Shown piece by piece: positions 15,384 through 24,432 of a stretch of DNA of 55,624 nt (the stretch's first letter is position 1; every line of letters begins with the position of its first letter). The stretch lies in assembly GCA_003663355.1 (NCBI GenBank), contig QMZV01000001.1, positions 1-55,624 of the forward strand. Reading direction: 5' to 3'. Below the pieces are notes generated by a model. That model ran no database searches and was not told where the DNA came from. It was given only the letters and a program-made list of their open reading frames with translations. The stretch comes from Candidatus Aenigmatarchaeota archaeon (GTDB lineage: Archaea; Aenigmatarchaeota; Aenigmatarchaeia; QMZS01). A program made the position numbers and the translations under genes.

Positions 15384-18102
15384 GGGTCTTGTTTTTTCTT
15401 TGGATATTATTATTGGAATTTCTCTGTTATTAATTGTTTTAATTTCAAGTTTTTATCTTTTTTCTGTTCCTGAAGTTTACGAAGAGAGGGGATATGAACA
15501 ACAAAAACTTATTGCAAATGATTTTTTAAATTCTCTTGCGGAATTAAAAGTTTCTGAGGCCGCAACTCAAAGCAAAACAATAGAAAATTTAATTTTGAAC
15601 GGAAACATAACAGAAGATGAGCAAGAATTATCCGTCCTGAATTTAATTTTAACTTTTTTTGCTCGCTACAAAGATGAAAATAATACAGTAGAAAAAGAAA
15701 TAGCGGAAAATATAACAAAAGAAATGGCAAACTCAGTCAAAATTCTAAAAAATATAAATTTTAGTTTATCTGTTGGAAATGATTTTATTGTTGGAAATTA
15801 CACAAATACTTCTGATAAAATTGTTGTCTCAAGTTTAATTGAGAACACTTATGGTTCAGAAGAACCGAAATATGGTTATATGGCGAGAAGTTACTTAAGC
15901 GGAATTGAAACAGAAAGAGCAAGTTATTTATATTTCGGAGGTTTTGTCGGGCAGGGAAACTTAAGTTTCAATTTATATATTCCAGAAAATGCTGAGAATA
16001 TAACTTCAGCTTATTTAGAAGTTTCTTCTGGTTCCAACTTCTCTTTGTTTGTTAACAATAATTTTTCCGGGAATTTCTTTTTAAACTCATCAGATGGAAA
16101 CTTTAGTGCAAACATCAAATCTTCTGTTAATATATCAAATTTTAGAAAGGGAAACAATAATATAGAGATTGTTTTTAATACCTTAAATTTGAGTAAGATG
16201 TATCTTGGAGGAGGATTTTTAAGGGTAAATTATAACACAACTGAACTTTTTGAAGAAAAAGAATCAGGAATAGAGAGATATAATTTTCCAGGGATAGAGG
16301 GAATTATAAATCTTTATGACGGGTTTTATATTCCTGGAAATTTAACCAACATAAATATATATTTGCATTATTACAACAATATCTCTGGAGGAAGTATTTT
16401 TTTAACAATTGCAAATGCTACTGTCTTTGAAAGCAATGAAGTCGGAGAAGTGAATATTTCTTTGAACAATTCAAATATTAGTTCTTCTATAGCAAATAGC
16501 GGATTAAGTTATTACAATATATCAAAATTAACAATTCCTATAAGGCTAGGGATGAAATCAATCACATTTACAGAACAGGAAGTTGGAAATGCAGATGTTG
16601 TTTTAATAACTGATTTGAGCGGAAGTATGGCTCAATGTGTTGAAAACAATAGTGATTGCCCTTCCGGAAGTCAAAGAATAGATTTGGCAAAACAATTAGA
16701 TAAAGAATTTGTTGATATAATTTTAAATACCTCTGGCAATAGAGTTGCTTTAGTTTCTTTTAATTCTGAAATTTCAAATTATACTTCTCTAACTAATGAC
16801 ACAGCTTATTTAAATTCTACTATTGATAGTTATACAGCAGATGGTGGAACCTGTATTTGCTGCGCAGAAAATAAAGCCTATGAAATTCTGCAAACAGAAA
16901 GCAATTCTTCAAGACAGAAATTTGTGATTATGATGACGGATGGGATTCCTTCACATAAATGTTCATGTTATGGTTGTGGTTGTGAAGGAACAGGAACTTC
17001 TGGGTTTGGTCCTTGGGATGGAGGAAATTGTTATGGTTGTACTTATTGCTGCAATGCAAACCCAGATACTGGAGCAAATTGCGATTGCCCTACTGACCAA
17101 AGTTGTGGGCGTTGCGGTTGTTATTCCTGGTCTGGTTGGTGGTGTCATTCACAACCAACTTGTTGTGAGAATATTTGTGATTGTACTTGTGAATCTTGTT
17201 GTCAACAAAGTTGTTCTTGTTCTTGTGAAATCCAGAATGCAAATTTTTCAAGTTGCAGATTACACAATGATTTAAATGCAACAGTACATTCAATAGGTTT
17301 TGGACCAATAGCAAACTGCCAGATGGGAAACACAACATTAAGTGCAATAGCAGACTGCGGAAATGGAGAATATTATGCGAGCCAGAATGCTTCCGAATTG
17401 CAAGAAATTTATAGAAACATTGCTCAATCAATTGTTTCAATAAGTTATACAACTCAAAAAGTCAGTGTTGAAGGAAATGTTAGCATAGGAGGAAATCTTC
17501 TTTACAATGATTCTTACATAGAATTTAATTACAATGAAACAGGAACTGAGTTTGGTTATGGAGAATTTTCTCTAACTTTTGAGAAAAATTGCACAAATGG
17601 AACTTGCATTTTAGATAAGAAAAATGAAACAGAAATTTTAGATGCAAAGATTACTTCTTACTCCGCTGATTATTGGACAAATTTAGTTATCTTAACAAAC
17701 TCAACATCTGAAAATTTAACTATTTATAATCTATCAAAATATGGTGAATATGAGAAACTTGGAGACCCTTTCATGATTTCTATTCCAAGGGAAACAGTTT
17801 CTAATGGTACAAATGAAATTCAAATATTTTTAGGGATAAATGAAACAGATAGAATTTCTGGTTCAAATGATAGCAAATTAATCTATTCTTTGAAAGTCCC
17901 TGGTATTGTTGGTTATGGAAGTGTTTTTAATACAATAGAAGAAGCGGAAGAAGATGCAAGAAAAAGGTTGGAAGAAAAAATATACAATTTAACAGGGCAG
18001 GAGATTTCAATTTCAGGAATTAATACTGGAACTTCTACAATTACAGGAGTAAGAACAATTTCTAATACAAGTTTGGTAAAATTAGTTTATTGGAGGAAAT
18101 AA
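15376..18102 (+). CDS. pilin-like surface protein with a vWA domain carrying a 25-Cys insertion
   Basis: MIKGLVFSLDIIIGISLLLIVL is class III-like. MIDAS elements DLSGS (from 16612), ADGGT and MMTDG are present. A 101-aa insert with 25 Cys (16954-17256) precedes the last vWA strands (TVHSIGFG). NxS/T sequons are dense. Overlaps the upstream gene by 8 nt. Confidence 0.7.
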   Translation: MIKGLVFSLDIIIGISLLLIVLISSFYLFSVPEVYEERGYEQQKLIANDFLNSLAELKVSEAATQSKTIENLILNGNITEDEQELSVLNLILTFFARYKDENNTVEKEIAENITKEMANSVKILKNINFSLSVGNDFIVGNYTNTSDKIVVSSLIENTYGSEEPKYGYMARSYLSGIETERASYLYFGGFVGQGNLSFNLYIPENAENITSAYLEVSSGSNFSLFVNNNFSGNFFLNSSDGNFSANIKSSVNISNFRKGNNNIEIVFNTLNLSKMYLGGGFLRVNYNTTELFEEKESGIERYNFPGIEGIINLYDGFYIPGNLTNINIYLHYYNNISGGSIFLTIANATVFESNEVGEVNISLNNSNISSSIANSGLSYYNISKLTIPIRLGMKSITFTEQEVGNADVVLITDLSGSMAQCVENNSDCPSGSQRIDLAKQLDKEFVDIILNTSGNRVALVSFNSEISNYTSLTNDTAYLNSTIDSYTADGGTCICCAENKAYEILQTESNSSRQKFVIMMTDGIPSHKCSCYGCGCEGTGTSGFGPWDGGNCYGCTYCCNANPDTGANCDCPTDQSCGRCGCYSWSGWWCHSQPTCCENICDCTCESCCQQSCSCSCEIQNANFSSCRLHNDLNATVHSIGFGPIANCQMGNTTLSAIADCGNGEYYASQNASELQEIYRNIAQSIVSISYTTQKVSVEGNVSIGGNLLYNDSYIEFNYNETGTEFGYGEFSLTFEKNCTNGTCILDKKNETEILDAKITSYSADYWTNLVILTNSTSENLTIYNLSKYGEYEKLGDPFMISIPRETVSNGTNEIQIFLGINETDRISGSNDSKLIYSLKVPGIVGYGSVFNTIEEAEEDARKRLEEKIYNLTGQEISISGINTGTSTITGVRTISNTSLVKLVYWRK

Positions 18103-18251
18103 TTATTGAATTTTTTGAATTCAATTAACTGGAATTATGGGAAAGGAAAACATTTAGAACGTACTTTAATGAAATTAGTAAAATTATCTGAAAATTTTAG
18201 AACTTATTATCCTATGCTTTCAGAATAAAATTAGTTTATTGTTCTTAATTT

Positions 18252-19418
18252 ATGGAATGCGCATTAGAATTAACAATAATTTTATCTAATGATATATATG
18301 AAAAAGTTTTCTTAGAGATTTTAAGTAAATTAAAAAAATCAGAATATTTTGTTTCTTCAACTTATTCTGCAAACAGATTGTACATAACATTTTCTGGAAA
18401 TAAAGAGTTATCAAAATTTGTTTTAGGAGTTATAGAGGGATTAAAGGGATTTCTGAGAGAATATAAATTAGGGATTAGAGATTTTTATGTTCCTTCTTAT
18501 GAAATAAGTTTTCCTTGCGAGTTTTTCGGAAAAGTTGAAATTCCAATTGCTAAAACAGTGATTTGTAATGGAAAAACATGCAGAATTGTTTTTGCAGATT
18601 TAGAGAAAGAATTTTTAAGGAATGGATTGGTAGAGAGGGCAATTAATTTAATAAAAAACATTTCAAAAAAAGAAGAAAAATTAATTTTCAAACAAGATTC
18701 TAATATCCGACCTGATCAAGAGAAGATTCAAGAAGAAATAAAACAAGAAATAAAAAAAGGGATTATAAAAGAAAAAAATATTTACTTGCCAACTTGCGCT
18801 GAAAAAATTTCTAAAATAAAGGAAGAAATTATAGAGAATTTGAAAAAGGAATTCAAAGCACAGGAAATTTTTGTTCCGCTATTTATACCAATAAATTTGC
18901 TTGAGAGCAGAGATATTTCTGAACTTATTCCAAAAGAAGCTTTTTCTAAGTTTGTGTCAAAACCTGTTAATTTAAAAAAACTTTATGAAATTTATTATCT
19001 GACTGAAAAAATTCCGAAAACAGAAATAAAAAATATTGGTTTGCTATATAATGAAATTCCACTTACATTATACAAAGCTCTTGAAAATACAACAGCAAAA
19101 AAACAATTCTTTTATTATCTAAATTATACCAAACTGAATTTCGCATTTTTTGATACAATAGAGAATTATGAAAACACAAAAGAGAAGATAATAGGATTTT
19201 TTAAAAACATTTTGAATATTTTTGGATTAGAAAGGATTGTGATGAAAAAAATTTGTGGAAAGGAATTTTTTAAATTTGAGGGTCTTAATAAAAAGCATTC
19301 TTCTCTTGTTGAAATATTTTTCTCAGAGGAAGCATATACAAAATTATTTAAAATAAAGGGAAAAAGCGGGCATGGAGTAATAAATCTTGAGAATTTGTTG
19401 TTGAACAAAATCTTCTAG
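18252..19418 (+). CDS. hypothetical protein
   Basis: Long ORF with ordinary coding-like composition. No motif I can assign. Confidence 0.4.
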   Translation: MECALELTIILSNDIYEKVFLEILSKLKKSEYFVSSTYSANRLYITFSGNKELSKFVLGVIEGLKGFLREYKLGIRDFYVPSYEISFPCEFFGKVEIPIAKTVICNGKTCRIVFADLEKEFLRNGLVERAINLIKNISKKEEKLIFKQDSNIRPDQEKIQEEIKQEIKKGIIKEKNIYLPTCAEKISKIKEEIIENLKKEFKAQEIFVPLFIPINLLESRDISELIPKEAFSKFVSKPVNLKKLYEIYYLTEKIPKTEIKNIGLLYNEIPLTLYKALENTTAKKQFFYYLNYTKLNFAFFDTIENYENTKEKIIGFFKNILNIFGLERIVMKKICGKEFFKFEGLNKKHSSLVEIFFSEEAYTKLFKIKGKSGHGVINLENLLLNKIF

Positions 19419-19481
19419 TTAGAGGAGGCAGTTCTCTGATTTGGTAAAATACTAATTCTTATTTTTAAATAATTATAAGTA

Positions 19482-20384
19482 ATGGCAACACCGCATGGAC
19501 CTAGAAGAGGAAGTTTGCAATTCTGGCCTAGAAAAAGAGCGAGCAGAATCTATCCAAAAATCTCTTTTTGGACAGGAGATTCCTTAGGTGGTTTTGCTGC
19601 CTACAAAGTTGGAATGGTTCAATATTCAGCAATAGAAAAAGGAAAAGAAATTGTAAGAGCAGCAACTGTTCTTTCAATCCCGCCAATTTACCCAATTGCT
19701 CTTGTTTTTTATAAAGAGGGAAAAAAGATTACTGAATATTTTAATTTGAAAGATTTGCCAAAAGAGTTTAAAAAAGACTTAAAAAGGAAAATTAAATTTA
19801 AATCGGAAGAATATGGAAAAATACCAGAAGAATTTGATGAATTTAGGATAAAAGTGGCAACTTTTCCTAGAAAAACAAAAAAGAAGAAAACTCCTGAAAT
19901 TTTTGAACTTGGTTGCAAGTTTGAGTTGAATAAGGCAAAGGAATTGTTTGGAAAAGAATTAAAAATTGAGGATTACTTTTCACCCGGCGAATTTGTTGAT
20001 GTAACTTCAATAACAAAAGGAAAAGGGACTCAAGGAGTTATTAAAAGATTTGGAGTTAAATTAAGGGATCATAAATCTAAAAAAGGAATTAGAAGAGTAG
20101 GTTCTATAGGGTCAACAACCCCAAGAAAAATTGATTGGAGAGTTCCAATGCCGGGGCAAATGGGTTTTCATCAAAGAACAGAATACAACAAATTAATTTT
20201 GAAAATTTCTGATAATTTAGAGGAAATTAATAAAAAGTCCGGATTTAAAGGTTATGGCCTTGTAAGGACAAAATATTTGTTATTAGATGGTTCTGTTCCA
20301 GGACCAAGAAAAAGATTGATTATTTTAAGAAAACCAAAAAGACAGAGAAAAAATATTATGCAGATTAATGAAATAATAAAATGA
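19482..20384 (+). CDS. rpl3: 50S ribosomal protein uL3
   Basis: MATPHGPRRGSLQFWPRKRA archaeal L3 N-terminus. GKGTQGVIKRFG and GSIGSTTPRKI motifs. Confidence 0.9.
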   Translation: MATPHGPRRGSLQFWPRKRASRIYPKISFWTGDSLGGFAAYKVGMVQYSAIEKGKEIVRAATVLSIPPIYPIALVFYKEGKKITEYFNLKDLPKEFKKDLKRKIKFKSEEYGKIPEEFDEFRIKVATFPRKTKKKKTPEIFELGCKFELNKAKELFGKELKIEDYFSPGEFVDVTSITKGKGTQGVIKRFGVKLRDHKSKKGIRRVGSIGSTTPRKIDWRVPMPGQMGFHQRTEYNKLILKISDNLEEINKKSGFKGYGLVRTKYLLLDGSVPGPRKRLIILRKPKRQRKNIMQINEIIK

Positions 20385-20788
20385 GAAAATTGTTTAGTAT
20401 AAGTTGGGTTAAAAGCAAGCAACCAAGAAAACAAAGAAAATACAGATATAATGCTCCAAAGCATATTAGACAAAAATTTATGCATGCAAACTTGAGTAAA
20501 GAGTTAAGAAAAAAATATAATATAAGGAGTCTTCTTTTAAGGAAAGGAGATAAAGTAAAAGTGATGAGGGGGAAATTTAAAGGAAAAATTTCAAAAGTCT
20601 CAAAAGTTGATTTGAAAAAACTTGTTGTCTATCTTGAAGATGTAAAAAGAAAGAAAGTTGATGGAAGAGAAGTTCAAATTCCAATTCAACCTTCAAATTT
20701 GCAGATTGTTTCTGCTGAGTTTGATGATAAAAAAAGAGCAAAAATTTTAGAAAGGAAAAGTAAAGAACAAATCAAAAAAGAAAAATAA
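20381..20788 (+). CDS. rpl24: 50S ribosomal protein uL24 (KOW)
   Basis: SKQPRKQRKYRYNAPKHIRQKFMHANLSKELRKKY and the KOW motif RKGDKVKVMRGKFKG. ATGA overlap with rpl3. Confidence 0.85.
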   Translation: MRKLFSISWVKSKQPRKQRKYRYNAPKHIRQKFMHANLSKELRKKYNIRSLLLRKGDKVKVMRGKFKGKISKVSKVDLKKLVVYLEDVKRKKVDGREVQIPIQPSNLQIVSAEFDDKKRAKILERKSKEQIKKEK

Positions 20789-20889
20789 GTATGAAAATTT
20801 ATTACACTGTAATAATTTGCTCCTTAACATGTAGATAAACTTTGACCCCTTTCTATAAAAAATTTAATAAAATAAAACCTCGTAAAATT

Positions 20890-21432
20890 ATGTTTACAGG
20901 AAAAATTGTTGAAGAATTTAAGATTGATGGAGATTTTATTAGAATAAGATATATAAAGTTTGAGGATTTTAAAGATTTACAAGAACATATAAATTCTCTT
21001 GTTGAAGAGGGAGCTTATCTAAATAGACAAAAGAAAGTTAATAAAAAAGAAGGACTTGAATTTATAACAGATTTTCTGAAAAAAATTGAAAATAAAGAGT
21101 CCGTTGCTCTAGTTGCTGAAGTTAATGGAAAAGTTATGGGCTTGGCAAAAATTAATAAAAAGAAAGGTGCTGAAAGTCATGTTGGAGTTTTAGGAATTGC
21201 TATAAGAAAAGAAATTAGAGGAAGAGGAATTGGAAAGAGATTAGCAGAACTTTTGATTAAAGAGGCGAAGAAACACTTAAAAATTGAGATTGTTGAACTT
21301 GAAGTTTTTGCTGAAAATAAAGTTGCCTATAATCTTTACAAAAAACTTGGATTTAAAAAAGCTGGAGTTGTTAGAAATGGTCTAAAGAAAAACGGAAAAT
21401 ACTTTGATAGAATTCTAATGGTGAAATATTAA
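20890..21432 (+). CDS. GNAT-family N-acetyltransferase
   Basis: Acetyl-CoA motif A: [27 protein letters not shown] 20890 preferred over the TTG at 20842. Confidence 0.75.
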   Translation: MFTGKIVEEFKIDGDFIRIRYIKFEDFKDLQEHINSLVEEGAYLNRQKKVNKKEGLEFITDFLKKIENKESVALVAEVNGKVMGLAKINKKKGAESHVGVLGIAIRKEIRGRGIGKRLAELLIKEAKKHLKIEIVELEVFAENKVAYNLYKKLGFKKAGVVRNGLKKNGKYFDRILMVKY

Positions 21433-22364
21433 TCTCTAATTCCTTCTTCGGTCACTCTAAAAACTGTTTCTGCATCAGGTAAGCAAGGTGAATCAATTAG
21501 TTTTACAATTCTTTTCTGGTCTTTGCTTTTCCTTATATATAATCTAAAAGTTGCTGCGTGCCCAAGTATATTTCCACCAATAGGCGTTGTTGGGTCACCA
21601 AACATTATAGCAGGATTAGCCATCACCTGATTTGTTACATAAACTGCTAAATTGTAAACTTCTGATATTTTTTGCAATTCATGCAAATGTCTGTTCAGTT
21701 TTTGCTGTCTTGGAGCCAATTCTCCTCTCCCAGAATAATCACTCCTAAACATAGAAGTTAAAGAATCCACAATAAGAAGTTTGACATTTCTTTCCTTTAA
21801 GACATCTTTCGCTTTGTTTACAAGTAAAATCTGATGGTCTGAATTATAAGCCCTGCCAACAAATATATTTTTTAAGACTTTGTGAGGATCTAAATTTAGG
21901 GCTTTAGCCATCTGAGTTATTCTCTCTGGTCTGAATGTATTTTCTGTATCAATAAATATAGCAGTTCCTTCTAAACCACCCTTTTCTTTTGGCAATTGAA
22001 CATTAACTGCCAATTGAAAAGCTAACTGGGATTTTGAAGAACCAAAAGCTCCATGAGCTTCTGTAATTGCTCCTGTTTCTATACCACCACCAAGCAAATT
22101 GTCCAAATTCTTTGAACCGGTTGTAATTTTTCCTATCTGCTTCCTTTTCTCATAAACATTTTCTGCTGTTTCAAAACCCATTTGAACACTATTTCTTGCG
22201 CTTTCAATAATTTTCTCCGCTGTTCCTTCTCCAACATCAATTGCATCGCAAATTTCTCCAACAGAAGCAGCAGCAATAGTCATTAAATCTTCATAACCAG
22301 CCTCTTTCAGCTTCTCTGCAATTTTTTCTCCAACTCCGGGTAAATTTTTTAGTTCATCTGCCAT
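21429..22364 (-). CDS. radA: DNA repair and recombination protein RadA
   Basis: N-terminal HhH ([20 protein letters not shown]), Walker A (GAFGSSKSQ) and LLIVDSLTS Walker B. ATG 22364 (MADELKNL) gives a 311-aa protein; the upstream 48 codons of the ORF-track call look spurious. Confidence 0.9.
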   Translation of the reverse strand: MADELKNLPGVGEKIAEKLKEAGYEDLMTIAAASVGEICDAIDVGEGTAEKIIESARNSVQMGFETAENVYEKRKQIGKITTGSKNLDNLLGGGIETGAITEAHGAFGSSKSQLAFQLAVNVQLPKEKGGLEGTAIFIDTENTFRPERITQMAKALNLDPHKVLKNIFVGRAYNSDHQILLVNKAKDVLKERNVKLLIVDSLTSMFRSDYSGRGELAPRQQKLNRHLHELQKISEVYNLAVYVTNQVMANPAIMFGDPTTPIGGNILGHAATFRLYIRKSKDQKRIVKLIDSPCLPDAETVFRVTEEGIRD

Positions 22365-22413
22365 AATTAAATATATTAATAAATAATTTACATTGATAGT
22401 GAAAACTGAATCA

Positions 22414-23337
22414 TTATATCCTTTCTTGAATTGGCAATGGAAGAAGTCTTGATAGTTTTCTCCATAGTTTTCTTTCCCATGTTGCTTCCATTTCCTCTTT
22501 TTTCTCAAGCATAGAATTTAATAAAATATTTGCGACATTTTTCCCAGAGAGCTCTCTATACATTAAGAGACTTGGATTTATGCTAATATCAATTGCATAG
22601 TATTTGTTCTGTTTCTCTATTATATCAACTTCGCAGCATAAAGCCCCAATTTCTTTTGCAATTTTTTTCCCAATTTCAATGAGTTCATCAGATGGTCTAA
22701 AGTATATCCTACTTTGAGCCACATTGCTTCTATCTTCTCCTGGTTTTGGAATTTCTTTTATACCTATTACTTCTTCGCCAACTACGAGAAGTTTAACAAC
22801 CTCCCCTTCAATTACTTCTTGCATGCAGAAAGATTTGGATGAGGTGTACATTGCATCTATCAATCCATTTGCCGTAGACTTATCTTTTACTATCATTATA
22901 CCTTTTCCTCCGTGAACATCTGCAAGTTTGAAAACAAGTTTATCAAATTTATTAACAATATTTTTACTAACCTCAGGGGCCATAGTCAGATAAGTTTTTG
23001 GATAGTTCACTTTTGCTCTTTCAAATGCTTTTATCATAAGAGCTCTATTTGAGAGATAAAGAAAAGCTTTTGGCTCATGGCTTAAAATTACTTTTTTATT
23101 GTGCAGGATACCAGCGGCCAAGTAACTAAATGGGAAAGTATTGCAAGGAATATGCAAAATACAGAAATCATAATCTGTAATATCTTTATCCCTATATACA
23201 ATTTTTTCATTGCCTTCTATATAAAGTTTTTCAATAGACACGAGAATATTATTTGAGATTTCTTTAAATTTTTTGGCTTCCTCGTAAATGTAGAGAGCTA
23301 CCTTATCCTCTTTATCAGCAATTATACAAAGCTTCAT
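22414..23337 (-). CDS. ATP-grasp (RimK-like) family protein
   Basis: [27 protein letters not shown] and CCEVDII...YAIDISINP resemble the ATP-grasp fold. ATG 23337 (MKLCIIAD). Confidence 0.5.
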   Translation of the reverse strand: MKLCIIADKEDKVALYIYEEAKKFKEISNNILVSIEKLYIEGNEKIVYRDKDITDYDFCILHIPCNTFPFSYLAAGILHNKKVILSHEPKAFLYLSNRALMIKAFERAKVNYPKTYLTMAPEVSKNIVNKFDKLVFKLADVHGGKGIMIVKDKSTANGLIDAMYTSSKSFCMQEVIEGEVVKLLVVGEEVIGIKEIPKPGEDRSNVAQSRIYFRPSDELIEIGKKIAKEIGALCCEVDIIEKQNKYYAIDISINPSLLMYRELSGKNVANILLNSMLEKKEEMEATWERKLWRKLSRLLPLPIQERI

Positions 23338-23468
23338 ATTTAATCCCTTAAAGAGGCCCAATTCAAAAGAGTAGAGAAATTAGGCATAATAAATTAATAA
23401 AAATTTATTAATTGTAGTTTTTAATGAAGGCGATAGAACACTTTATGATTTAAATTAGAAAAAGTAAT

Positions 23469-24425
23469 TCACTCTTCCTGAAATCCAAAAACAGAAAACA
23501 AAATCATAGAAAAAACTCCGGAAATCGGAGAAAACAGAAGTCCCCTGAGAAACTCAAGAAAAACCCATATTGTAAAACTCATTATTATTGGAAACCAGAC
23601 CAAAAAAGCATTTAATAATATAGAATTTTCAATTCCTTTAGAAATAACAGAACTTAAATTTAGATTTACTTCATTAACTTTTAAAGAACCCATTTTCTTT
23701 TCTATATCTTTTCTTATCCCTGTTTCTATCTGCAAATATTGCTCCTCTGTTAAATTCGGATATTGCTCTCTTATTGCTTTCATTTGGTTTTCTACAACTT
23801 GACTTATGATTTCATTTGTTGAATTGCCAATTTGAGTGTTAAAATTTGAAATTTCAGAACTAACAATATCTGTTATGCTTGAAATTGTTGTGTTTAGAAA
23901 AACTTGCCTGTAAGAGTCATTTATAGAGAATGAAATAAATGAACCCAAAAATATAAATAGGAACAAGACAAACAAAGATTTGCTAACAGCATTGCTTCCA
24001 ACTCTAAATTTCTTCCATTTTTTTAATTCTTTTTTATAAGTTTCTCCAAGTGGAATTACATACAAACATGAAACAAAAAGGCCAAAACCAAAAAATAAAA
24101 ATAAAATTGAAAAATTGAATAAAATTCCTGACAGAAAAATAGGAATTATTAAGAAATACCTTAGATTTCCAATTTTTCTTACTGATAAAAAAGACAAGGC
24201 AAAACAAAAGATTATAAATGATAAGATTGCAGTTAAAATTTCAGAAAAAGTTGAAATGAAAACTTCAAAGGCAGAATGTTCCTGCACTCCTAAAGTAAAT
24301 ATTTTTATAAAGCTTGCTTGCAATAAAGTTATTGAATTTAAATTTACATTGCTTATGTAGAGAACAAGAAAACCAAGAGAAAATAAGACTGAGATAAAGA
24401 TAAATTCTAATATTTCTGTTTTCAT
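23469..24425 (-). CDS. multi-pass membrane protein, unknown function
   Basis: Several long hydrophobic segments on both sides of a ~100-aa polar loop. ATG 24425 avoids overlap with the upstream gene. Confidence 0.5.
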   Translation of the reverse strand: MKTEILEFIFISVLFSLGFLVLYISNVNLNSITLLQASFIKIFTLGVQEHSAFEVFISTFSEILTAILSFIIFCFALSFLSVRKIGNLRYFLIIPIFLSGILFNFSILFLFFGFGLFVSCLYVIPLGETYKKELKKWKKFRVGSNAVSKSLFVLFLFIFLGSFISFSINDSYRQVFLNTTISSITDIVSSEISNFNTQIGNSTNEIISQVVENQMKAIREQYPNLTEEQYLQIETGIRKDIEKKMGSLKVNEVNLNLSSVISKGIENSILLNAFLVWFPIIMSFTIWVFLEFLRGLLFSPISGVFSMILFSVFGFQEE

Positions 24426-24432
24426 ATTTTTT

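Noticed and set aside
16940-17452. Three overlapping ORFs (16940..17275 +, 16963..17148 -, 17090..17452 -) inside the vWA gene
   Set aside because: They coincide with the TGY/GGN-rich Cys-insert DNA, whose composition keeps several frames open. Their translations are V/G/T low-complexity strings. The vWA frame is continuous and motif-bearing.
18077-18241. 16-nt direct repeat taaaattagtttattg (18077-18092 and 18226-18241) flanking the vWA-gene stop and the next gene's start
   Set aside because: The repeat is real. It is short and A/T-only, and is most simply a small local duplication. No structure or function can be argued from sequence alone.
18252-19418. Possible class II aminoacyl-tRNA-synthetase-like fold for the 388-aa protein (C-terminal GKSGHGVINLENLLL resembling motif 3)
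   Set aside because: Only one weak, degenerate motif is present, with the motif-3 Arg missing. No motif 1 or 2 could be found by eye, which is insufficient to call.
22365-22508. 48-codon N-terminal extension of radA in the ORF track
   Set aside because: The conserved RadA N-terminus ([19 protein letters not shown]) begins at ATG 22364. The extension has no RadA counterpart and overlaps the 3' end of the upstream ATP-grasp gene.
23380-23401. Perfect 10-bp A/T palindrome aattaataaa-aa-tttattaatt between two co-directional genes
   Set aside because: It consists only of A and T in an AT-rich spacer. Such palindromes are expected by chance and would form a very weak hairpin.
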